Below, piece after piece: positions 54,101 through 63,000 of a DNA stretch of 64,000 nt; the first letter of the stretch is position 1, and each line of letters starts with the position of its first letter. The stretch lies in assembly GCA_002633005.1 (NCBI GenBank), contig NMRA01000037.1:791311-855310 (forward strand). Direction: 5' to 3'. The notes beneath the pieces are model-generated. The model was not told the origin of the DNA and ran no database searches. It was given only the letters and a program-made list of their open reading frames with translations. Origin of the DNA: Phoronis australis. Taxonomy: Eukaryota; Animalia; Phoronida. The translations under genes were made by a program, and so were the position numbers.

Positions 54101-55684
54101 TTTTACTATCCAGTACAACGAAACAAAAATTTTAGCATTTAAACATTGTTCAAAGTCTTCCGTAACTGTTGGTGTCGTGAGTACTTCTGGCACCCGTCCA
54201 CACAACAGCCGACCATGATTAGCAGACAACGTAAAACTTGCTATTTTTGCCAGGTGTCGCAAGTAAATAGCCACGTCACGGCTTCTGCGCAACAACACAG
54301 ATTTCGTCCATTGAAAATATACGGAGTCGGCGGTTCATGTACTATAGTCTATGAAATAATGAACGCATTAATACAGAAACAAAGGCTCAGCTAGCTAAGT
54401 GCTGTTTACGCCTTATGTACATTGTGTTTTCTTTCCCATTAGTGCCAAGAGAAGAGTGATTGCTTGCTTCTTGTATTAACAGATGAATATGGAATTCACA
54501 TCACATTTGCATGACTTTCCTGTTACTTCCCTTCATTAGTCATTCTTTGCAGTATTTCACACCTGCCCGTGTCCCACTGCGTATGTCTCCAGCTTTTGCT
54601 CAGTGGAGGTATTACTGCGCCATTCTGTTTCTACTTGAGAACGAAACGAGTAAGTTTCGAAACATCCCATTGAAGTAGAACAACCCAATGTAAAGTAACG
54701 AAAAGATTTCAAGATATATACGTGGAATAAAAATAAAAATTGATGCTTCGTCAACCACAGATATCATCAAGACCTGTAACTTTGTACAAATTTCACAAAC
54801 ATCAATTAATAACCGATACACTGGCTGAGACAGGTGAAAAGCACGTACTTTGGTCTTCAAAAGAACATAATATTTTGCAAACTATGTGAGCGTAAGACTT
54901 CGAAAGTCATTAATTTGTTACAAACAACAACATGAATCTGTCAGTCTAACGTAATTGGTACCTTGTGGGTCGAGTGGAATTATGGGAGGATCCCTTTACG
55001 AGACCTGTTTACTGATGTATCATGTACACTTTGAGTTTCAATATTTCACCTTATCGATGATAAACAGTCACAGTCCGTAGCAAATACACGCGAAGATGGC
55101 GATCGGAACGACCCATTCTCCTCGCAATGCAAATAAACGTGTAAATCATCTTTAAGGAGTGCAGCTGAACAGGTTAAATTTCTCTAATGAAGTCCTCTAT
55201 TATTGCAAGGAATTTCTACATCCTATTTGGTGAGCTTAATTACCTATTTCTCGATTTCATCTTCATGCGGTTAAATACATTTAGCCCAAGACTTAACACA
55301 CAAACTCCCCATAACATGGAATTTCGAACACATACATGAACTGTGTACTTCCAGTCAAATTTTCTGTTGCAGAGAACACTAGACGGAACAGGTACCAAAA
55401 GTCCGAAAAGTCTTGATATGCTTAAGAGACAGTTATTAATAATCTCCCAATACTTAAACTCGTTGCATAAGCTTTGAAACTCAACACAACTGAGCCAAAC
55501 TCGTCATGGCAAAATTCAAACTTGATGCAGTGACGAGTCAAAACAGGTAGTGGAGAACACTGATGCAAAAATTGCACTACAAGGAAGAGCAACCAGGTGG
55601 CCCCAGGTTTTGGGACAACTTACCATGGCCAAAGTGAAAGGTGGTTATACAGCCAAAAGTGAATGCTAGGAGCCTGTGGTCCAT
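20825..55684 (-). CDS. Whole gene span: single-pass Ig-superfamily receptor, SP-10xIg-3xFN3-TM-cytoplasmic tail, 28 coding exons, 1601 aa (Robo/DCC/Dscam-like domain types, family unassigned)
   Basis: The exons listed below join in one open frame (4806 nt including stop), all with GT-AG introns and matching phases. Ig domains show C...W...(D)xGxYxC patterns, FN3 domains show W...Y...L.P...Y patterns, and a hydrophobic TM is followed by QQRRLHK. Confidence 0.92.
21204..21864. mobile_element. ~660-bp palindromic (foldback) non-autonomous DNA transposon in the last intron
   Basis: The arms pair along their whole length, e.g. taactgtgaaccttgttt (~21210) vs aaacaaggttcacagtta (~21841), and agggaaccgtgtctcagatttttgaaatagg vs cctatttcaaaaatctcagacacggttccct. 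TTAA lies at both ends. Confidence 0.85.
24525..24732 (-). CDS. Ig receptor exon 27 (cytoplasmic, ITIM-like motifs)
   Basis: ESTPRSGPHEYAEVRDGQVRSTSRSTNNTSDESSIYAHIDVNKKANRRNKNQFDKVLKKGAQDFNNINSR; ttctag| and |gtaatg; phase 1 to 2. Not in the ORF track. Confidence 0.82.
26258..26481 (-). CDS. Ig receptor exon 26 (cytoplasmic)
   Basis: PSNPDVVLVSSTPRQEVPP...SPEDYLEPSAISPVK...SHIYNNDSVV; phase 2 to 1. Confidence 0.82.
27370..27573 (-). CDS. Ig receptor exon 25 (cytoplasmic)
   Basis: NFYSNEINTATVNSAKSGIRGFYDFEGRNNDAYEGELSTDTAYTLGPNNTALPLRIRPFHDSDVVFRE; phase 2 to 2. Confidence 0.82.
27870..28008 (-). CDS. Ig receptor exon 24 (transmembrane helix and juxtamembrane region)
   Basis: GIAAGCAGFILLVILIIIICVQQRRLHKMDSLSLAADDEFSKHSMRQ; phase 1 to 2. 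Confidence 0.92.
28025..28480. repeat. Degenerate ~31-bp tandem repeat (gggtaaaacagggaatgtaatggctgaagta-like) next to the TM-exon acceptor
   Basis: aaaacag and ggctga recur at roughly 31-bp intervals. Confidence 0.7.
28734..28840 (-). CDS. Ig receptor exon 23 (FN3-3 end, stalk, TM start)
   Basis: GGNGSFSTPVSVQTPAMPKPVEPERAVALSDGAIG; tttgtag| and |gttagt; phase 2 to 1. Confidence 0.85.
29700..29854 (-). CDS. Ig receptor exon 22 (FN3-3 middle)
   Basis: LVYNESVVGYLVAHAPLNTSQYTVERASGNSHLVTGLIQNTAYLVKVASYNR; phase 0 to 2. Confidence 0.9.
29941..30080 (-). mobile_element. tRNA-derived SINE-like element
   Basis: On the minus strand: A-box-like TGGCCTAGTATG, B box GGTTCGAGTCC, then a short body ending in an A-rich tail (aataaagcataaaa). 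No complete cloverleaf. Confidence 0.6.
30489..30760 (-). CDS. Ig receptor exon 21 (FN3-2 C-part and FN3-3 start)
   Basis: AFIIYEVYYSKV...LAYSSLYDVQLRAGN...ERKPQSAPSGVRVIPRGHDKILVQWN; phase 1 to 0. Confidence 0.9.
31239..31331 (-). CDS. Ig receptor exon 20 (FN3-2 N-part)
   Basis: APSVPVNVQTAVNGNNIEVTWDAPLEMNGDP; phase 1 to 1. Confidence 0.88.
31647..31928 (-). CDS. Ig receptor exon 19 (FN3-1)
   Basis: VPAAPTSLSF...VTLAW...VQYK...W...NLQPFTEYTFRVKAVNAIGDGGYS...VRTKEG; phase 1 to 1. Confidence 0.95.
32145..32399 (-). CDS. Ig receptor exon 18 (Ig10, divergent: Y in place of the core W)
   Basis: GVPALVTVSAIRLKDFLLIHCLAQGTPSPKIRYY...LANGTLRVQETDISSNYRCMASNVYGGDTQTLT; phase 1 to 1. Confidence 0.9.
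32405..32550. repeat. Imperfect (AAT/AAC/GAT)n microsatellite directly upstream of the exon 18 acceptor
   Basis: Runs such as aataataatggtaatgataatgataacaataacaataat; it explains the poly-N, poly-L and poly-I/M ORFs here. Confidence 0.95.
32951..33100. repeat. Minisatellite, 3 x 50 bp
   Basis: atttctgtgacgcaaacatttacaatScgtgStcaacagtttcagatagc at 32951, 33001 and 33051. Confidence 0.95.
33132..33401 (-). CDS. Ig receptor exon 17 (Ig9)
   Basis: VPPVISTITSPVTVLVGDATSLSCTTSGDPIPSVSW...HWGVWTCTACNIMGCVNSTAQVYVE; phase 1 to 1. Confidence 0.92.
33918..34008 (-). CDS. Ig receptor exon 16 (Ig8 C-part)
   Basis: RLRQNDEGWYLCRAVNSVSSVSGHAYLNVQ; phase 0 to 1. Confidence 0.9.
35101..35303 (-). CDS. Ig receptor exon 15 (Ig8 N-part)
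   Basis: DQPVWLIAPANSTGNLSESLTLKCSAKARNPPLFYWY...MSTGDLIFQ; phase 1 to 0. Confidence 0.9.
35730..35864 (-). CDS. Ig receptor exon 14 (Ig7 C-half)
   Basis: EDNMDIYSNNTIHITGLRSSQLGSYTCVAENSVGKREVTADLYTF; phase 1 to 1. Confidence 0.9.
37139..37273 (-). CDS. Ig receptor exon 13 (Ig7 N-half)
   Basis: VPPSFQLLPKDQMVTLGSVVQIECMATGHPTPSVSWRRNGQRIVL; phase 1 to 1. Confidence 0.9.
37950..38234. repeat. Minisatellite, 5 x 57 bp, formed from the 3' end of exon 12 and its splice donor
   Basis: Units start at 37950, 38007, 38064, 38121 and 38178; the last unit is the real exon end. Confidence 0.95.
38199..38319 (-). CDS. Ig receptor exon 12 (Ig6 C-half)
   Basis: LLSNGSLVLPFVRKMHEGQYTCEARNLLTVIHATVKVTVS; phase 0 to 1. 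Confidence 0.9.
38796..38950 (-). CDS. Ig receptor exon 11 (Ig6 N-half)
   Basis: LPPSFTLEPVSHSVLEGDRIVLNCEATGRPLPIILWYKVGNSLPIQTGSSYQ; phase 1 to 0. Confidence 0.9.
39260..39421 (-). CDS. Ig receptor exon 10 (Ig5 C-half)
   Basis: TVLTVPSGVVAGIYVRSNGTLVISDTVATHHGRYTCIATNVVSTATVSATITIQ; phase 1 to 1. Confidence 0.9.
39992..40114 (-). CDS. Ig receptor exon 9 (Ig5 N-half)
   Basis: VGPSFIVTPRDITTTENSVVEIHCQADGTPRPVMTWKLPDS; phase 1 to 1. Confidence 0.9.
40797..40950 (-). CDS. Ig receptor exon 8 (Ig4 C-half)
   Basis: ENGDLPPTRTEYPFPGAIKLTNVQVSDAGTYTCRASNIVGSVTHRVKLTVQ; phase 0 to 1. Confidence 0.92.
41614..41735 (-). CDS. Ig receptor exon 7 (Ig4 N-half)
   Basis: GPVSGPQFTTTAVDTTVFETGAVMFQCSAMGEPAPLISWWK; phase 1 to 0. 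Confidence 0.88.
41959..42159. mobile_element. Palindromic MITE / long hairpin in the intron between exons 6 and 7
   Basis: Core arms 41986-42050 and 42065-42129 are near-perfect reverse complements (gttgagcataatgttgtttcaagcctgca / tgcaggcttgaaacaacattatgctcaac). Confidence 0.85.
42427..42565 (-). CDS. Ig receptor exon 6 (Ig3 C-half)
   Basis: SGGRYTVHSNGSLHIALVTSGDQGYYTCAVNNSWGQTSKTVLLTVT; phase 0 to 1. Confidence 0.9.
42995..43140 (-). CDS. Ig receptor exon 5 (Ig3 N-half)
   Basis: GKPSFVIAPSPQSVPEGMTARFDCQGIAWPTPTTKWMDSRDSNNGKEIQ; phase 1 to 0. Confidence 0.9.
43558..43842 (-). CDS. Ig receptor exon 4 (Ig2)
   Basis: YIADSFTTSPGRQTKNVGDTVVMQCEI...FTWLLD...GEYVCKAVNPLSGVERYSNTGVLLLE; phase 1 to 1. 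Confidence 0.92.
44208..44377 (-). CDS. Ig receptor exon 3 (Ig1 C-half)
   Basis: WRHNDAYITVDSSLRILANGTLYMAEVTDQSKGQYQCVVSDGQDTVYSQQAILTLA; ctgcag| and |gtaagt; phase 2 to 1. Confidence 0.9.
44529..48555. repeat. ~1.8-kb tandem duplication around the N at 46705 (probable uncollapsed haplotypes)
   Basis: 44529-~46350 matches 46706-~48550 with scattered SNPs and indels; copy 2 starts right after the N. Confidence 0.85.
49013..49518. mobile_element. PIF/Harbinger-like MITE, ~506 bp
   Basis: TIRs ggggcctttcatact / aatatgaaagggcct, with AAA on both flanks (3-bp TSD-like). The subterminal motif cagtatgaacg occurs three times, and the element is CpG-rich relative to its flanks. Confidence 0.7.
51294..51393 (-). 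CDS. Ig receptor exon 2 (Ig1 N-half), copy B, identical and probably a haplotype duplicate
   Basis: Same 100-nt sequence as 52392-52491, inside the 1.1-kb duplication around the N at 51442. Confidence 0.6.
52392..52491 (-). CDS. Ig receptor exon 2 (Ig1 N-half), copy A
   Basis: tttcag|GA...AG|gtcagc; GLEITLQPSNQVGAVGKPLWWHCSATGEGILSYR; phase 1 to 2, fits exons 1 and 3. This frame is not shown in the ORF track. Confidence 0.88.
55624..55684 (-). CDS. Ig receptor coding exon 1: signal peptide
   Basis: Acceptor cttgcttcag (exon starts 55694), ATG at 55684, MDHRLLAFTFGCITTFHFGH-G, donor G|gtaagt in phase 1 matching the next exon. Confidence 0.75.
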
Positions 55685-57661
55685 CCTGGAACACCTGAAG
55701 CAAGAAAGAGTTTTAATTAACAATTTTGTAACACAAGCGTAAAACTTCTTATACCAACGAACACTCCCTAGAATACTGCACGGCCCACTCTGCATTTTCT
55801 GTGCCGTTTACCCACAATTGATTAAGACATCTCGTTGTCTATCATGCTGTCATCGACGTGTTTTTTTTCTATATTGGCACCCAACAATGGTAGAATCCAT
55901 GATTGGGAGGGGTACACACAAAATTCGAGAGGCAGAAAAGCATTAGTAATTTAGCCGTGCGGTTTGGATGCTAGACTCTCACGACGGCGAACTGCATGTG
56001 GATTTCTCTACACACAGACTGTCATCAGAACCACTGGTTCTCAAATCAGAAGAATTCCACCATATCAGAATTTTACTGCCTGAAAGATGCATAAATCTCC
56101 CACAGCGGAGAATTGGCTTTAACATATTTAAAAATTAATAATTATTATTCACAGAAAAAGTGATCTGGTCAAGAGCGAATTTTAGTTAAAAAGGAAATTT
56201 TAAAAAGTTCTGGGAGGTTTGTTGTTACTTGGTTTGATTGTACAGTGTTGTTTATCATCTACATTTGTTGTTGATTTACGATAATGTTAGGTTACAGCCT
56301 TCAGAAGAACTGAAATGAGGCGTTCAGCCTCTCAAACCGAATTAATCTGCAGGGTCAATTTTTAATTACCGCAGTCAATCTTAGTAATTTTATGCACTTT
56401 ATTCAATGGTGCCAAATTTGAATTTCCCTGATTGAATGCTTTTACACAAAACATATCGAGAAACTCATTCCGTCAATTGGGATAATTTCTCCAGATCAAG
56501 AGAATGTTTTTCTCCCAATCAGGAGAATTCACCAGATTGGTAGAAATTTTACGAATATGAAAACTTACTTCTGCTTACTGTACAAGCAGCAAACTGAGAA
56601 CCTTACAAAACTTACGATTTTGATTACAACTGGAAAGAAAGAAGAGCAGTGTTTCCTTTGATTTCAACTGGTATCATGAGAGAGAGTGCACGACAGGTAT
56701 ATGCTGAAAAGATCGAGATATGCTGGCATAGTCAAGATAGGCCTACTCTCAGTCTCTGGCTCTGCTACTGGCATAGCCTTGGTACAAAGCTATATAATAA
56801 ATACACAGCTCTGCGCAGATGAGGTAAAAATGGCCATTTGAATAAAATCTGACACAAAATTGGTGTTGATAAAAACTATACTCTTCACTGAGTAAACTGA
56901 ATTACCGGTGTTAGAGAACCAGGCATTCAACTGATATTCTGCTGCTTAGTGATCTTATGCGTCGGCTTACGGCCCCATGAAATATAGCATCACCTATTGA
57001 CCAGTTTCTTTTTTCGCTGATTGAAATCAACTCTTCTATAAGGTTGCGTACATGTCACAACAAAATATGGGAAATGGTTTTATTTCGTTACAAGTTTTTT
57101 AGTATTTTAATAGGAAACCAATCTTCAGATCAAATTATGCTGCTGCGAAGGTGTCTTCATCTCCATAGAGATGACTCAAAAACTAGGAAATGGTGCATGC
57201 ATGTTACACAAGCATACTGTTTATGGAAATGACGATCGACTTAATTCTTTGTTACAAAAGGCGAAGAATTATGCAACTAAGAAAATGACATTAGCTTAAA
57301 TGGTTACAACAGGCAAAGTGAGAGAAAGTTAACTCTCAGAGTAATTGTGGTCGTTAGATGTATTTCACGATGAGATGAGGTGACAACCAGAACTTCCCGA
57401 GCGGTGTGAAATTTCGAGGTCTATTGGCGCCTAACACATTGGTACCTAGCTGTATTTTGAGGATAAGTCTTCATACAGCTAGCTGGTTGGCTAAGTACTG
57501 GTGGGATATAACGGTCCCTGATTTTGAGAACCAGGCAATAACTGAATTATGGACCATTTGTAAGACGAAACTGATTCTCTGAATCTGGAACCGCTATATC
57601 CAACAACTGCAGCTGGCTAGTGAGTATAAGCTAGCAACGCGTAGCGGCAGCAGTGCCTGGG

Positions 57662-57720
57662 ATAGACAGTGACCGCTGTCTCTACTGGCACTTCCAGTAG
57701 AGACGGCAGTCAGTGTCAAT
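57662..57720. mobile_element. 59-bp hairpin mini-element flanked by a gcctggg direct repeat
   Basis: atagacagtgaccgctgtctctactgg-cactt-ccagtagagacggcagtcagtgtcaat. Confidence 0.6.
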
Positions 57721-57728
57721 GCCTGGGG

Positions 57729-58628
57729 TAGGCAATGACCATCGCCTCTGTTGGCCCGAAGCAGAGGCGATGCAGAGGCTATAGGCGCTCTGTACGGCGG
57801 AAGCTTTTCGGCGAATTATGCCTCGCACCGACTAAACCATCAAAGTCACGTTTTTATAAATACCTTTTGCGCATAGAGGAACACCTGAGGAGGTTGTCAA
57901 TGTGTTTAATTCCTTCCAACTCGAACAAATACTCCCATTATGAAACTTTTTCTTCGAGCAGTCCCTATTTCAGTTCCCAAAATCGTGAACTCACCATTTT
58001 TATACTGCGCACGCTCCAATTCATGACCTCAATCTTTAAGTAGACCAAAGGTGAGCCATTGCGGTCTTGTCAGTCAAATGTTCGTTTCCAAAATGCCACC
58101 ACTTATACTTGTCTTTAATTGGCATTACTTGAAACTGATTGTATTTCAATGAATCATTGTTTGTATTTGATAAAAATAAATGCTGTCGATATGACATTTA
58201 ATAGTTTTTGTGCACATATTTGACATTTTAATGTTTAACAACACGGCAAATGCACGGCTGGTTCCCGGCAGCATGTACGCGAAGGGCGGGAACTTCAGCT
58301 TTCAAAGTTTGCCGGTAGGTCCCCAACTTCTGACCTTCGGCCTGGTTAAAAAAATGAAAAAGTTGATTTCACGATTTTGGGAACTGAAATAGGGACTGCT
58401 CGAAGAAAAAGTTTCATAACGGGAGTATTTGTTCGAGTTGGAAGGAATTAAACACATCGACAACCTCCTAAGGTGTTCCTCTATGCGCAAAAGGTATTTA
58501 TAACAACGTGACTTTGATGGTTTAGTCGGTGCAAGGCATAATTCGCCGAAAAGCTTCCGGCGTACAGAGCGCCTATAGCCTCTGCATCGCCTCTGCTTCG
58601 GGCCAACAGTGGCGATGGTCGTTGCCTA
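57729..58628. mobile_element. 900-bp non-autonomous DNA transposon with ~260-bp TIRs and a 9-bp TSD (Mutator/MULE-like)
   Basis: taggcaatgaccatcgcc... (57729-~57990) is the reverse complement of ~58368-58628 with few mismatches. Perfect TSD tgcctgggg at 57720-57728 and 58629-58637. No transposase ORF. Confidence 0.9.
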
Positions 58629-58689
58629 TGCCTGGGGCAGTACCAGTTCAAAAAATGAGTCATTGACAACAACACAAAATGTCACTTAC

Positions 58690-58930
58690 CAAACATCTAA
58701 CCACTCCTATCAATGCCAACACAAAACAGGTGTGTTACATATTTCAGTACTCCAGGTTTTGGATCAGCTGAAACTTATAAAAGCGCGGAAATATTACTAA
58801 ACAGCATAAGATTTTTAAATCACCTTAACACCAACGACAGGATTTGACTGACAACTTTTCCGGTTTTAACGCATTCCAATCAAAATATATGCTCGACTAT
58901 CCTAAATGCGCGACATCTGTTGTTCACCCT
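58690..58930 (-). promoter_or_regulatory. Candidate non-coding first exon and promoter of the Ig receptor gene
   Basis: The ATG exon has an acceptor 10 nt upstream of the ATG, so an upstream exon is needed. There is a strong donor TTG|gtaagtg at 58690, with an ETS-like TTCCGG (~58858) and CCAAT (~58876) just beyond. Confidence 0.35.
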
Positions 58931-60095
58931 TGATGATTATAAGGCTATCCATCTGGGACAACACAGCGTGGTCCTATGATTTTTATTATGTTGGTAACCT
59001 AGACTTATTACCTATTTTTCAAAAGAACGATGACAACCAAACTTTCTCATGACATAGACTTAAATGGCATTGATTATCTCAGTGTCTGAACTTCTGCTCA
59101 TGTAAACATTTTTGGCTCGTGTCGTGTAGAAAGTTGTCAGGTTGAAGAAGACAGAACGCATGTTGAAGAATAACTGAGCGGGGAATTCCATTTGTGATCC
59201 GGTGGTCGTATACCTGATTTTTGGAATTTGTGGTTACTCTACTTCGATGTTTTTTAAAGCCATGTAAATCTAAAAGGACACTAGTCGATGCCTGATGTAC
59301 CAGTGTTTTCGTGAGTATGTGGGGGATGAGTTGTCTACATATGGTATGGTATTTTTAATATGGTAAAACTATGGTATGACAAAGAAAATTTGAAATCTCA
59401 TTGTGTACCAAATACTCAGACACTTGACTCTTGCCTCATTAGTCTTTGTCATAGTTTTACTATCAGAGCTAACTAGAGGTAGCCAAGGACATCTCCACAA
59501 AGAAATACCTTGTCAGTGAGGGTGAGGGTGTAACGAGCAAATGGCAAACATGGATGATGTCATTATTGATCTGAAGATGCAATGAAAGCTTGTGTGCTTG
59601 CTTACAGTCTCTCAAAACATTGTTGGATTGTAATGTCTTGTATTGTAATTCCCTGTAATTGTTTGCGACGTAGGTCGTAATAGGGGTAGAAGTCCATGCA
59701 TATAATTAAACGATCTGACCAAGCAGTCAAACTATATACCTAATAAAGATAGATATTCTTTATGACACAATAGGCAACAGATTTGCAGATTCAGCGGTGA
59801 CAGTGACACTTACTTTGTGTGTTGATCTCAACTTTCAGTACTTGCATTTGTTTAAGTTCTGCAAACTCAAAATGTCTCATCGGTGTTTCAATTATAACCT
59901 TGCTTACATGTATAAGTAATTCTGGTTCACGTTCTACAATTCAAGACTTCCACTCTGAATTGAGTGGGGGTTAACATTTACATTAGCTGCGTTCCCATAT
60001 GTTTCGAAATCCTGGATTTCAGGAAAAAATTAACCAGATTAATTCCTCAAACATTCATGTCCCCTAAGGGTTCCTGCTGACGGCCATAATACTGG

Positions 60096-63000
60096 GTACC
60101 GCCTATTGGCAGGCATTGACACTAAACTGCTCTTATACTGAGTAAACAAACTATGATAACTTGATTATGGATAAAATTTTGAGGTATTAGTCCATGCAAG
60201 TTTGGTGAAATTCAGAATACCATGTAAACATGTCCCAAAGCAAAAACTTTTCCAATTAGAATTTCAACGGAAAAATAACTGGATTACTTCCTCTAAATGG
60301 ACCTAATGTGATGTTGGAATAAAATCTTGTTCTTAAAAAGGAATTGAGTGGAAGGACTTAAATTCCCTAGTTGTTTAAATCTATAAAAGGGACATTATCG
60401 GCTTCACGGATGAAAAATGCATTTTTAGAAACCAAAATTGTTGGATGGGAAAGACTTCTTGAACTGATTAGCTATTATAAATGACCTAATTGTGATGGAG
60501 AATGCTGAGATTTTTAATTGGGTTTTTATATCACTTAAGTATCTGAAACAAATATTCTATAACAATTGCCAACACTAAAACATTTGGAACCAGTTTGAAA
60601 ACGCCTTACAAGATCTACTGACAGTTATTTCTTACCTATTTAGAACATAGTATGATGGATAACAAGTGGAATTTCATTTGTTTCTCAACAAAAATGAATA
60701 TTAAAATTACATGTTTAATATGAGCACAGCGTGAACTGTATTATTGTTATATCACATCATTTGATTAATTGATATTTATAACATAGCAGTTAACCTTTGA
60801 AATCTCGAAAAATATGCATTTTGTCAATTATTTATTTGTGCAGTGTTTAAACATTGCTCTGCATTCTGATAACTTCTGAACCATTTTTAGAAATCTCAAG
60901 CCATGGTGGAAATACTCGGAACCATGTTTAAAGTTTTGAGCCTGTTCGAATAACCTGAGCTTTTTCTGCTTTGCAAAACAACTGATTGCATTAAAGTTTA
61001 GTCGCAAATTATTATTTTTTATTCATTGGGTGTAACTGTGATGCAAATGAAACTAATGAGAAAGTAAAAGTTGTTTCTGTAAGTTTGCAAATAGTAAAGA
61101 TCAATTAAATCAGTTTTTGGCCATAGTAAGATTAATAACTAAACACTCGCCGCACAAATAAAATAGTTCATTTTCGATCAACGTTTCGTCTATCCATTAG
61201 ACATCACCAAGATGATATTTACAGAGGACAGCTTTATGTTGGCACTTGCTGTTCTCTGTAAATATTATCCTGATGATGTCTAATGAATAGACGAAACGTT
61301 GATTGAACATGAACTTTTTTATTTGTGCGGCGATCGTCTGGTTTTTAGTAAAGATCACAAAGCAACTAAGCAAGGCGCAATTTTTGCCTCCTTTGGACTT
61401 TTGCTCAAAAAACGTAGTCGATTTCATTTTGAGACCTGCAGTTGCTGATGAAATAAAGTGTCTGCCCACATCAGTTTCAGCGAAGGTCTAATGTTTTTTG
61501 TTGAAGGGATCAACTGACTTGATTAGAGTATTGTAACAGGACAAAGATGCCGAAGAAGACTGCCACTGCACAGACTCCAGAGTCTACTAATGGTAAGATG
61601 AGTTATTGTTGGTTTAATTCCTCTGCTGCCTTCCAAACACTTCAGTTGCCATTGAAATGCCCATTTTTTTCTCTATGATTCGGTACATACAGTAGGCACT
61701 AAAATAGTTGTACAGTATTCCCCAGATTTTCTCCTATCCTGTCATCAACTATAATGGTAACCTAGCTTCACGTAGTAGTGACAAGTGTGATTTGTTTCTC
61801 AAATTTTTCACGAACAAAAGCCACATTACACCAACTGAAGTAAGNGTACCGCCTATTGGCAGGCATTGACACTAAACTGCTCTTATACTGAGTAAACAAA
61901 CTATGATAACTTGAATATGGATAAAATTTTGAGGTATTAGTCCATGCAAGTTTGGTGAAATTATTCAGAATACCATGTAAACATGTGCCAAAGCAAATAC
62001 TTTTCCAATTAGAATTTCAGCGGAAAAATGACTAGATTACTTCCTCTAAATTTCACGTGGAATGGACCTAATGTGATGTTGGAATAGAATCTTGTTCTTA
62101 AAAAGGAATTGAGTGGAAGGACTTAAATTCCCTAGTTGTTTAAATCTACAAAAGGGACATTATCGGCTTTACGTCTGAAAAACGCATTTTTTAGAAATCA
62201 AAATTGTTGGATGGGAAAGATTTCTTGAACTGATTAGCTATTATAAATGACCTAATTCTGATGGAGAATGCTGAGATTTTTAACTGGGTTTTTATATCAC
62301 TTAAGTATCTGAAACAAATATTCTATAACAATTGCCAACACTAAAAAAATTGGAACCAATTTGAAAACGCCTTACAATATCTACTGACAGCTATTTCTTA
62401 CCTATTTAGAACATAGTATGATGGATAACAAGTGGAATTTCATTTGTTTCTCAACAAAAATGAGTATTAAAATTACATGTTTAATATGAGCACAGCTTGA
62501 ACTGTATTATTGTTATATCACAGCATTTGATTAATTGATATTTATAACATAGCAGTTAACCTTTGAAATCTCGAAAAATATGCATTTTGTCAATTATTTA
62601 TTTGTGCAGTGTTTAAACATTGCTCTGCATTCTGATAACTTCTGAACCATTTTTAGGAATCTCAAGCCATGGTGGAAATACTCGGAACCATGTTTAAAGT
62701 TTTGAGCCTGTTCGAATAACCTGAGCTTTTTCTGCTTTGCAAAACAACTGATTGCATTAAAGTGTAGTCGCAAATTATTATTTTTTATTCATTGGCTGTA
62801 ACTGTGATGCAAATGAAACTAATGAGAAAGTAAAAGTTGTTTCTGTAAGTTTGCAAATAGTAAAGATCAGTTAAATCAGTTTTTGGCCATAGTAAGATTA
62901 ATAACTAAACACTCGCCGCACAAATAAAAAAGTTCATGTTCGATCAACGTTTCGTCTATCCATTAGACATCATCAAGATGATATTTACAGAGGACAGCTT

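Noticed and set aside
20825-55684. Calling the receptor Dscam, Robo, DCC/neogenin or hemicentin
   Set aside because: Domain number and order and the tail motifs do not match, and no arrays of divergent alternative exons were seen, so no gene symbol was assigned.
57735-58675. Paired ORFs on opposite strands as a transposase or toxin-antitoxin-like pair
   Set aside because: They are mirror translations of the two TIRs and show no DDE or other recognisable motif.
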